DNA from: Microgenomates group bacterium GW2011_GWC1_46_15
GTDB taxonomy: Bacteria > Patescibacteriota > Microgenomatia > UBA1400 > UBA12028
Length of the DNA stretch: 64,000 nt
Assembly: GCA_001002285.1 (NCBI GenBank)
Contig: LCLX01000001.1
Span: forward strand, 316,895 to 380,894
Direction: 5' to 3'
Within the stretch, counting starts at the first letter, position 1. Each line of letters starts with the position of its first letter. Below are positions 1-7,552 of the stretch, in pieces. The translations under genes were made by a program, and so were the position numbers. The notes beneath the pieces were generated by a model that was not told where the DNA came from, ran no database searches, and saw nothing but the letters and a program-made list of their open reading frames with translations.

Positions 1-555
1 AAGAATGAAGTTGGGTTGGCGACGGGTCTTGCGTGGACGCCCGTTGGCGGTGACGTCTTGTTTATTGAAGTTGCATTGATGGATGGCAAAGGGAACGTAA
101 TTTTAACGGGCCAGCTTGGAAAAGTGATGCAGGAGTCCGCGCGCGCGGCACTGACATACGTAAAAGCCAACGCCACAAGCCTTGGTATCTCGAAAAGTAA
201 GCTCACAAAGACCGATATTCACGTTCACGTTCCTGAGGGTGCGGTACCTAAAGACGGACCGTCTGCTGGTGTAACAATGACAACCGCGATGATTTCGGCG
301 TTCACGAACACGCCGATTAAAAAAGATGTTGCGATGACAGGAGAAGTAACGCTCCGTGGCAAAGTGTTGGAAATCGGCGGGCTCAAAGAAAAAGTGATTG
401 CCGCGCACCGTGCCGGCATTACGCACGTGATCGCGCCTGAAGCAAACAAAAAAGACATGCGCGAGATTCCGGAAAAAGTGCAAAAAGATATTACGTTCCA
501 CTTTGCGTCAACGGTGAAAGACGTGCTTTCTTGGGCGCTTGCGAAGAAAAAGTAA
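1..555 (+). CDS. lon: Lon protease, C-terminal proteolytic (S16) domain. The gene is partial: its 5' end lies upstream of the window.
   Basis: ORF 16..555 continues in frame to the window edge. It carries the Lon catalytic Ser motif [11 protein letters not shown] and the downstream conserved [19 protein letters not shown]. Confidence 0.8.
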   Translation, partial: KNEVGLATGLAWTPVGGDVLFIEVALMDGKGNVILTGQLGKVMQESARAALTYVKANATSLGISKSKLTKTDIHVHVPEGAVPKDGPSAGVTMTTAMISAFTNTPIKKDVAMTGEVTLRGKVLEIGGLKEKVIAAHRAGITHVIAPEANKKDMREIPEKVQKDITFHFASTVKDVLSWALAKKK

Positions 556-558
556 AAA

Positions 559-1656
559 TTATTTTTCCCGCGTGATCACAAACTGTGCAAGCTCAATAAG
601 AAGTGATTTTTGGTGGGATTCTGGCAGTGATGCAAGCGCTGTGACTCCTTTTTGCACACACTCCACCGCGCGTGTTTTACTGTACTCCAGCGATCCCGTT
701 TTTTGCACAATATCCTGCACTTTTTTCAAGTCCTGCTCTGTAAGATTTGATCCAAGCACGTTTTGAAGGAACACTTTATCTTCTTCTGTCGCGGTTTTAT
801 ACGCGTGTTGAATCAACAATGTTTTCTTTCCCTCGCGGACATCGTTTCCAACGGCCTTGCCGGTTTTTTCAGGATTGCCAAATAGTCCAAGAACATCATC
901 ATGGATTTGAAACGCGGTTCCAACCTGCATGCCGTACTCGCGCAGCGGTTTTTCATACTCTTTCCGCTTTCCCGCTAAAATCGTTCCAATCAGTAAGGGT
1001 CCAACAAACGTGTACTGCGCGGTAACTAAGTTCAATCCTTTCACAAACCGTTCTTCCGTTGCGTTTTCTAGAGGTTCCCAGTTTTGCATCATGTGGATTT
1101 TCCACCCCGTCGCGGTATCCTGGAACATTTCCTTGTTCATCACACCAAGGCTTTCCAGGATGCGTTCAGCGGGGAGTCCTGAAGTTCGCATGCACTCGTG
1201 CGCGTATGAGAACAGCAAGGCGCCGGCAATCTCACTAAAGGATCGGGCGTAATGAGGGCGCTGATCTTCCGGCAAGTTTTTCAATACCAATTTGTACTCT
1301 TCCTCGAGCGTTGGACCACCGTGCCGCACTGTATCACGGTCAACCATGTCATCGAGGCTCAATATATAGAAATGAAGCATATCCAGCGCCGTGCACGCCC
1401 GCAAGATATGTTTTTGGTCTTTTCCACCCATCATGGTATATCCAATCCAGCACAAAAACGGCCGGGTTCGTTTCCCCCCACGGAGCATGAGCTCTTCCAA
1501 CACATCAACCATTTCCTCAAGTGTTTTGTCAGTTTTCTGCGCCTCTTTCCGCTTTTCGGCAAAAAACGCGGTCAACTCACCGTTAATTTGTTGAGAAAAA
1601 GCGTGAAGTTCTTCTGCAAGACGGTGCTCAAGAACCTGTGTGCGTTGCGTATTCAT
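559..1656 (-). CDS. Polyprenyl (isoprenyl) diphosphate synthase (trans-IPPS, GGPP/FPP synthase type).
   Basis: 365 aa with two Asp-rich motifs: DDMVDRD (first DDxxD) and FQIHDDVLG (second DDxxD). Convergent with lon, with a 3 nt gap. Confidence 0.85.
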   Translation of the reverse strand: MNTQRTQVLEHRLAEELHAFSQQINGELTAFFAEKRKEAQKTDKTLEEMVDVLEELMLRGGKRTRPFLCWIGYTMMGGKDQKHILRACTALDMLHFYILSLDDMVDRDTVRHGGPTLEEEYKLVLKNLPEDQRPHYARSFSEIAGALLFSYAHECMRTSGLPAERILESLGVMNKEMFQDTATGWKIHMMQNWEPLENATEERFVKGLNLVTAQYTFVGPLLIGTILAGKRKEYEKPLREYGMQVGTAFQIHDDVLGLFGNPEKTGKAVGNDVREGKKTLLIQHAYKTATEEDKVFLQNVLGSNLTEQDLKKVQDIVQKTGSLEYSKTRAVECVQKGVTALASLPESHQKSLLIELAQFVITREK

Positions 1657-1773
1657 AGTATCGGTAGTATACTACCCTCCTAGTATTCGAGTGCGCTTCT
1701 CGTTCTGTGATAGATCTACGTTATCGTGTGAGATCCGTGAGTGTGAAGCATTCAGGAAAGAAGGTGAATATTC

Positions 1774-2142
1774 ATGGATCAAAACAATAAAAAGTTGTTC
1801 GTAGGAAACCTTGATTACACTGTTACATCAGAAGACATCAAGGAATTTTTCTCCCAGTTTGGAACCGTTACAGATGCTATCGTTTTAACCGATAAGTTTT
1901 CTGGACGCTCCAAAGGATTTGGATTTGTCACATTCGAGACGGAAGACATGGCGACAGCAGCGGTTAACGCGGCTAACGAAATGGAGTTCAAGGGAAGAAA
2001 GCTGAACGTTTCTATTGCCAAACCACCCAAACCAAGAGAAGATCGCGGTTTTGGAGGCGGAGGAGGCTATAACAGAGGCGGAGGCGCAGGCGCAGGAGGA
2101 GGAAGTAAGTTCTCAAGAGGCGGTGGAAGAGGCGGATACTAA
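1774..2142 (+). CDS. RNA-binding protein with an RRM domain and a Gly/Arg-rich (RGG) C-terminal tail.
   Basis: RNP-2 motif LFVGNL and RNP-1 motif KGFGFVTF. C-terminal GGGGGYNRGGGAGAGGGSKFSRGGGRGGY. A GAAGGTG Shine-Dalgarno precedes the ATG. Confidence 0.85.
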   Translation: MDQNNKKLFVGNLDYTVTSEDIKEFFSQFGTVTDAIVLTDKFSGRSKGFGFVTFETEDMATAAVNAANEMEFKGRKLNVSIAKPPKPREDRGFGGGGGYNRGGGAGAGGGSKFSRGGGRGGY

Positions 2143-2165
2143 ACTTTATTAGCAACGCAAATAGA

Positions 2166-2188
2166 GCCCCCGCGAAAGCGGGGGTTTT
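2166..2188 (+). terminator. Rho-independent terminator after the RRM gene.
   Basis: Perfect 7-bp GC stem CCCCCGC-GAAA-GCGGGGG followed by TTTT, 24 nt after the stop codon. Confidence 0.7.
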
Positions 2189-2204
2189 GGTATGATAGGG
2201 TGTT

Positions 2205-3224
2205 ATGCGGCAACGACTTCTCTTTCTTAGTGTGTTTCTTTTTTCATTCATCATGAGTTTGGCGTGGTTTGTGTATATTCAACCATTTTTCCGTGTTTCT
2301 CAACTGAACTTGCGCACTGTCGTAGCAGGTGTACAGACAGGACTGAACCAAAACGTTCGTCAATGGAACGGCCGAGTAAACTTTCTCATCCTTGGGACGG
2401 ACGATATTGAGGGAAGAAACGGCTCGGGCATATTAACAGACACAATGATTGTACTTTCGCTGAATGTACATACAGGAAAAGGCGTGTTGATTCCCGTGCC
2501 CCGCGATCTCTGGCTTGCTGATGAGAAAACAAAAATCAACGCAATGTACTACTATGGAAAAACAACCAATCCTGCTCATCCGGAACAGCGGTCGGCCGAG
2601 GCAGTCAGCGTGGTGCTTGGTGTACCAATACAGTACACAGTAGTTACACAACTCCAAACGATCTCAGAAGTGATTGACGCGCTCGGCGGTGTGGACATTC
2701 ATGTTCAAAAAACATTTACCGACGCGATATTCCCACGCGAAGGCGTTGATGTTACTAAAGAGAAAGATCCAAATGTTTTGTATGAAACGGTTACGTTTAC
2801 CGAAGGCGACCACCGCATGTTGGGCAAAGAAGCCTTGCAGTACATGCGTTCCCGCCACAGCACGGACTTAGAAGAAGGAACGGATGACGCGCGTTCCCGC
2901 AGGCAGGAGCAGGTCATGTACGCGGTTATTGGCGCGGTCAAACGTGAAGTTCAACATAAAAACGCACTGGCGCTTGGCAAGCTTTTTGCGATCTATGAGA
3001 AAAACTTTAGTCAAGAGTTGCCCCTTCCCGATCTCGTTGCTCTGGCAAAAACAATGAAAACAAACCTTGTCCACATCGAGTTGAAGCAACACACGATCAT
3101 GCCGCTTTTGGTGCATCCAGCAGTGGCGAAGTACAAACAGTGGGTGTATGAACCCATTGATCCAACCTGGCAAAAGATCCATAAAGATGTTTCTTTGGCC
3201 CTTTTTGGTACAATAGCCGAATGA
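2205..3224 (+). CDS. LytR-CpsA-Psr (LCP) family glycopolymer-to-peptidoglycan phosphotransferase.
   Basis: N-terminal TM segment, then the LCP core VNFLILGTDD...GILTDTMIVLSLN and a conserved R-rich region (RSRRQEQ). Confidence 0.8.
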   Translation: MRQRLLFLSVFLFSFIMSLAWFVYIQPFFRVSQLNLRTVVAGVQTGLNQNVRQWNGRVNFLILGTDDIEGRNGSGILTDTMIVLSLNVHTGKGVLIPVPRDLWLADEKTKINAMYYYGKTTNPAHPEQRSAEAVSVVLGVPIQYTVVTQLQTISEVIDALGGVDIHVQKTFTDAIFPREGVDVTKEKDPNVLYETVTFTEGDHRMLGKEALQYMRSRHSTDLEEGTDDARSRRQEQVMYAVIGAVKREVQHKNALALGKLFAIYEKNFSQELPLPDLVALAKTMKTNLVHIELKQHTIMPLLVHPAVAKYKQWVYEPIDPTWQKIHKDVSLALFGTIAE

Positions 3225-3718
3225 CCGACGTGTATTTCCAGAGTCCAACCAAGGGAAAACAGAGTCTTGCTGGTGTTATCGGCGAGATTGCAGTGTTTTT
3301 GGATGAAGACAGACAAAGCCAATACCGCCTTGTTATTGGTTCTGATTCGCACGAACGCAAACTCGAAGGTAAAAAAGTTTCAAACTTTGTTACAGCAATC
3401 GTGATTCACCGTATTGGCAAGGGCGGGAGGTATTTTTGGCGCAACGGCAGACATGAAAAGATGAACTCGCTGCGGCATAAAATCTATACAGAAACACAGC
3501 TATCTTTGGAGACCGCTGGGATTTTAGTTCCAGAGCTCAACAAACAATTGGTTGGGAATAAGAACTGGGAGTTAGAAATCCACATTGATGTGGGAAACGT
3601 TGGTGATACGCGCGACATGATCAAAGAAGTTGTCAGTATGGTTATTGGCAACGGGTATAAAGCAAAAACAAAACCTGATAGTTTTGGTGCAAGCACGGTG
3701 GCAGATAAGTACACGTAA
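3221..3718 (+). CDS. Hypothetical protein, possibly DUF458/YkuK-like (RNase H-like fold).
   Basis: 165 aa. The motif VIGSDSH...FVTAIVIHRIGKGGRYF resembles the YkuK family as recalled from memory. Overlaps the LCP stop by 4 nt. Confidence 0.45.
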   Translation: MTDVYFQSPTKGKQSLAGVIGEIAVFLDEDRQSQYRLVIGSDSHERKLEGKKVSNFVTAIVIHRIGKGGRYFWRNGRHEKMNSLRHKIYTETQLSLETAGILVPELNKQLVGNKNWELEIHIDVGNVGDTRDMIKEVVSMVIGNGYKAKTKPDSFGASTVADKYT

Positions 3719-3755
3719 AGTATCCAGAGTTTTCAGAATCTTGTACAATATCCAT

Positions 3756-4769
3756 ATGAAACTTCTTGTTACGGGTGGCGCGGGATTTATTGGATCAAAC
3801 TTCGTCTTGTATTGGTTGGCACATCATTCCGAAGATGTTGTTGTAAACTTTGACGCACTTACCTATGCCGGCAACCTTGAAAACCTCAAATCAGTAGAAA
3901 AAAATCCGCAGTACTCTTTTGTGAAAGGCGACATTACCAACCCGCAGGATGTAGAAAAAGCGATGCAAGGAGTTAATATCGTTGTTCATTTTGCCGCTGA
4001 ATCGCACGTTGACCGCTCAATCATGGATCCGTCAACATTCGTCCGCACAAACGTACTCGGAACGCAGGTGTTATTGGAAGCTGCAAAAAAAGTCGGAGTA
4101 AAAAAATTCCACCACGTATCTACTGATGAGGTGTTTGGTTCACTCGAGCTTGGTTCAACGGAAAAATTCAGCGAAACAACCCCCTACAATCCCCATAGTC
4201 CGTACTCCGCATCGAAGGCTGGTTCAGATCATTTGGTGCGTGCGTACCACGACACATACGGTCTTCCAATTACCATTACAAACTGTTCGAACAACTATGG
4301 TCCATATCACTTTCCGGAAAAACTGTTTAGCTTAACCATTACAAACATCTTGGAAGGCAAAAAAGTACCGGTCTATACGCCAGGAAACCATGTTCGCGAC
4401 TGGCTCTATGTTGAAGACCACGTGCGCGCGATTGAGATGGTTTTGCAGAAGGGGAAAGACGGCGAAACATACTGTATTGGTGGCATGACGCAGGATGTGT
4501 CTAATCTTGAAGCGGTAAAGATGATTCTCCGTCTTATGGGGAAAGACGACAGTTCGATAGAGCTTGTAAAAGACCGCCCGGGACACGACGTCCGGTACGC
4601 AATTGACTGGACAAAAATCAATACAGAACTCGGGTGGTCCCCGTCTGTTTCTCTTGAGGAAGGACTGCAAAAAACCATTGCATGGTATACTGAACACCGT
4701 GACTGGTGGATGGACGTAAAAAGCGGTACATACGCCGAGTATTACACAAAACAGTACCAAGAACGGTAA
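3756..4769 (+). CDS. rmlB: dTDP-glucose 4,6-dehydratase.
   Basis: MKLLVTGGAGFIGSNF Rossmann start, YSASKAGSDHL catalytic YxxxK, and near full-length similarity to RfbB. The internal ATG at 3756 was chosen over the ORF-track start at 3630. Confidence 0.9.
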   Translation: MKLLVTGGAGFIGSNFVLYWLAHHSEDVVVNFDALTYAGNLENLKSVEKNPQYSFVKGDITNPQDVEKAMQGVNIVVHFAAESHVDRSIMDPSTFVRTNVLGTQVLLEAAKKVGVKKFHHVSTDEVFGSLELGSTEKFSETTPYNPHSPYSASKAGSDHLVRAYHDTYGLPITITNCSNNYGPYHFPEKLFSLTITNILEGKKVPVYTPGNHVRDWLYVEDHVRAIEMVLQKGKDGETYCIGGMTQDVSNLEAVKMILRLMGKDDSSIELVKDRPGHDVRYAIDWTKINTELGWSPSVSLEEGLQKTIAWYTEHRDWWMDVKSGTYAEYYTKQYQER

Positions 4770-4781
4770 ACGAGGAGGAAC

Positions 4782-5306
4782 ATGACGGTCCGTGAGATTA
4801 CAGCAGATTGGCTCAAGACACAAAAATGGCAGATTCAGAAGCCAAATACGGTAACAATTGACGGCGTGTTGCTCAAAGAATTGACAGTTCATTTGGACGG
4901 CCGTGGCGACGTGATCGAGTTGTGGAGTGAAAAATGGTTAAGCGAAGGAGTTGTTAAGCCTGCACACGTATATCAGTCGGCAACGGATTACGGCGTGGTA
5001 AAGTGCTGGCATTTGCATGAAACGCATACCGATCAGTTCACCGTTACGCGTGGAAAACTCCAGGTGAGCATGGTTGATGTCCGCGAAGGGTCCCCCACTT
5101 TTGGACACGTAAACACGGTTATTCTTGGCACAACCAAGCCGCGGTATCTCAAGATTCCAAACGGCATTATGCACGGATGGAAGTCGCTTGCTGAACCAGA
5201 AACACTTGTCGTCAATTTACAGTCGCACGTCTATGATCCAGCTGACGAACTCAAATTTCCATGGGACACAGTGCTGACCGAAGTGTGGCAGCCATTAAAC
5301 GGATAA
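4782..5306 (+). CDS. rmlC: dTDP-4-dehydrorhamnose 3,5-epimerase (cupin).
   Basis: VDVREGSPTFGHV matches the RmlC VDIRKGSPTFGQW block. DGRGDVIELW and GVVKCWHLH match the RmlC DERGFF and RGLHFQ regions. Confidence 0.8.
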   Translation: MTVREITADWLKTQKWQIQKPNTVTIDGVLLKELTVHLDGRGDVIELWSEKWLSEGVVKPAHVYQSATDYGVVKCWHLHETHTDQFTVTRGKLQVSMVDVREGSPTFGHVNTVILGTTKPRYLKIPNGIMHGWKSLAEPETLVVNLQSHVYDPADELKFPWDTVLTEVWQPLNG

Positions 5307-5310
5307 TCCA

Positions 5311-6195
5311 ATGAAAAAAACACCTCTTCTCCCGCTCGTTGGCACGGGGCTTTCTGGTCTGGTCGGCTCGAAGTTTGTTGAAATGTTTGCCAAAACATAT
5401 GCGTGTACGAATCTTGACCTTACCGTTGGCGTAGATATTACAAACGAGTCGCAGGTGATGAAAGCGGTTGAAAAATCTCCAGCAGATGTTGTGATTCATT
5501 TTGCCGCATTTACCGACGCAACAGCCGCATGGCGGCAAACGGGAGATAAAAACGGTTTGTGCTACAAAGTGAACGTTGACGGAACGCGGAACATTGCAAA
5601 AGCTGCGCATGCATTTGGGAAGCACTTCATTCATCTCTCCACGGCGTTTGTATTTGATGGAGAGAAAGACACGATGTATACAGAAGATGATGCAACAAAT
5701 CCCGTTGAGTGGTATGGGGAAACAAAGGCGATGGCCGAGGATATTGTGCAAAACACCTGTTCCAGTTGGACAATTTTTAGAATTGATCAACCATTCCGCA
5801 GTGATGTATTTGAAAAAAAACCCGATACCGCACATCGGTTGATTACAGGCCTTACACAAGGAACGTTATACCCACAGTTTATTGACCACTGGTTTTCACC
5901 AACCATTTTGGAAGATTTTAGCCGAGTGTTAGACTGGGCGGTGCAGGACAAGCCACAGGGAATATTTCACGCGACCTCCGGGGTAAAAGTGAGCGATTTT
6001 GAGTACGCGACGATGATTAAGGAAGCGTTACATATAGACGGGGAGATCAAGCAAGGAAAGTTAGCTGAATATCTCCACACAATAAACCGGCCGTATCAAA
6101 AAAATACCGCGATGTCCTCAGAAAAACTCAAGTCCGAAACAAATATTGCGTTCACGCCTTTGCATCAGGCGCTTGAGCAGTTGAAGATGGTGTAA
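5311..6195 (+). CDS. rmlD: dTDP-4-dehydrorhamnose reductase-like SDR.
   Basis: RmlD-like layout: Gly-rich N-terminus, VIHFAAFTDA, HLSTAFVFDG, and a YGETK YxxxK motif. No rmlA is adjacent. Confidence 0.7.
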   Translation: MKKTPLLPLVGTGLSGLVGSKFVEMFAKTYACTNLDLTVGVDITNESQVMKAVEKSPADVVIHFAAFTDATAAWRQTGDKNGLCYKVNVDGTRNIAKAAHAFGKHFIHLSTAFVFDGEKDTMYTEDDATNPVEWYGETKAMAEDIVQNTCSSWTIFRIDQPFRSDVFEKKPDTAHRLITGLTQGTLYPQFIDHWFSPTILEDFSRVLDWAVQDKPQGIFHATSGVKVSDFEYATMIKEALHIDGEIKQGKLAEYLHTINRPYQKNTAMSSEKLKSETNIAFTPLHQALEQLKMV

Positions 6196-6203
6196 AACAA
6201 TGA

Positions 6204-6863
6204 TTATTGAATAAGAAGAAGGTTATACACAAAGAATCCACCGATCAACGCATGTGATAGAGAAATAGACACGATATTTCGGTATTTTATAAAGTTAATC
6301 TCCCAGAGAATACCTAAAAGTAAAGCTACAATCGTAATAAAGAAGTTTTGGAGTGGAAGATGAATGAACATGAAGATCAAGGATGTATATGCAATAAGGA
6401 AATATTTATTTTGCGAAACTAATTGTAAACGAGATGTAAGAAATGCTCTGAATAAGAGTTCTTGAAGTGGAGCAGACACAATGAAATAGGTAAAGACCAC
6501 ATGAAGAAAAGGATTTGTGATACTCAATATATTTCTCATGCTATTTAATGTATGAATGTCGAATATTGAAGGGAAATACCTAAATGTTATAAATATGATA
6601 AATATGCATAAGATAGTAGGAAGAATTAAACTCCGCATAGATTGTAGAAAGTTTCGCAAAGACAGTCCTAATTTTTTCTGTGATATTCCAACTGTTTTCA
6701 TGACAAAAACTAGGTAAGGAAGAGCAATAATCATCGCAATTGTTCTAAAACGATACAAAGAAGGATGAACTTTTAGGATGACTAAAGGAAGAATAAAAAG
6801 AAAAATTGTTTCCAAAAAGAGAAATAGTTTATTACCGTATAATCTTGTGAAAGAGTAATGCAT
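6204..6863 (-). CDS. CPBP family intramembrane metalloprotease (CAAX protease/Abi-like).
   Basis: Polytopic protein with QELLFRAF (EExxxR motif), FMFIHL (FxxxH) and SHALIGG (HxxxN/G-like). The gene is markedly low in GC (about 33%) relative to its flanks. Confidence 0.7.
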   Translation of the reverse strand: MHYSFTRLYGNKLFLFLETIFLFILPLVILKVHPSLYRFRTIAMIIALPYLVFVMKTVGISQKKLGLSLRNFLQSMRSLILPTILCIFIIFITFRYFPSIFDIHTLNSMRNILSITNPFLHVVFTYFIVSAPLQELLFRAFLTSRLQLVSQNKYFLIAYTSLIFMFIHLPLQNFFITIVALLLGILWEINFIKYRNIVSISLSHALIGGFFVYNLLLIQ

Positions 6864-6865
6864 AT

Positions 6866-7519
6866 TTATTTTTGGACGAATTCACCCTTTCGCCAAGCAA
6901 GAATGTTTTTGTGGTTTCCAGAAAGTAGCACTTCTGGGACGTTCATACCTTTATACTCTTCCGGCCGCGTGTACTGCGGATACTCAAAATATCCCGGACT
7001 ACTGTGTGATTCTTCTTTTGTACTTTCATCATCGCCGAGCGCGCCGGGAAGTAAACGCACAATCGAGTCCACCATCACCATCGTTGGAATCTCCCCGCCG
7101 GTTAACACATAGTCACCAATCCGCACCTCTTTGTCTACCAAAAGTTGGGCAACGCGCTCATCAACGCCTTCATAGTGGCCGCAGATAAACACAAGCCGCT
7201 TGTACTGTACGTAAGCCTGGGCGGTAGACTGGGTGTAGAGCTCGCCTTTTGCCGATGTAAGAATAATGAGTTCCCCCGGCATTCCTTTTTTTGCTTTAAG
7301 CGCTTTGAGGGCGGTATCAATGGGTTCAATCATCATCACCATACCTGGGCCACCGCCATACGGCCGGTCATCGGTTGTCTTGTGCGCATCCGTTGTCCAC
7401 TGGCGCAAATCATGGACGGCCACGGAAACAAGCCCCTTTTTCTGCGCGCGGGCAAGAATGCTCTCGGTAAGCGGGCCGGTAAACATTGAGGGAAGTGTGG
7501 TAAGAATGTCGATCTGCAT
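6866..7519 (-). CDS. trmD: tRNA (guanine37-N1)-methyltransferase.
   Basis: MQIDILTTLPSMF start and DDRPYGGGPGMVMM SAM-binding knot motif. The start was moved from the ORF-track 7552 to the canonical MQIDIL. Confidence 0.9.
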   Translation of the reverse strand: MQIDILTTLPSMFTGPLTESILARAQKKGLVSVAVHDLRQWTTDAHKTTDDRPYGGGPGMVMMIEPIDTALKALKAKKGMPGELIILTSAKGELYTQSTAQAYVQYKRLVFICGHYEGVDERVAQLLVDKEVRIGDYVLTGGEIPTMVMVDSIVRLLPGALGDDESTKEESHSSPGYFEYPQYTRPEEYKGMNVPEVLLSGNHKNILAWRKGEFVQK

Positions 7520-7552
7520 ACCCTGTATTATACCGTCTACGTTTGATATCAT

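Noticed and set aside
103-501. Many short nested or antisense ORFs in the six-frame track, for example 103..501(-), 4332..4892(-), 5251..5859(-), 30622..31245(-) and 42238..42831(-).
   Set aside because: Each lies entirely within a confidently assigned gene on the other strand or in another frame. None carries a recognisable motif.
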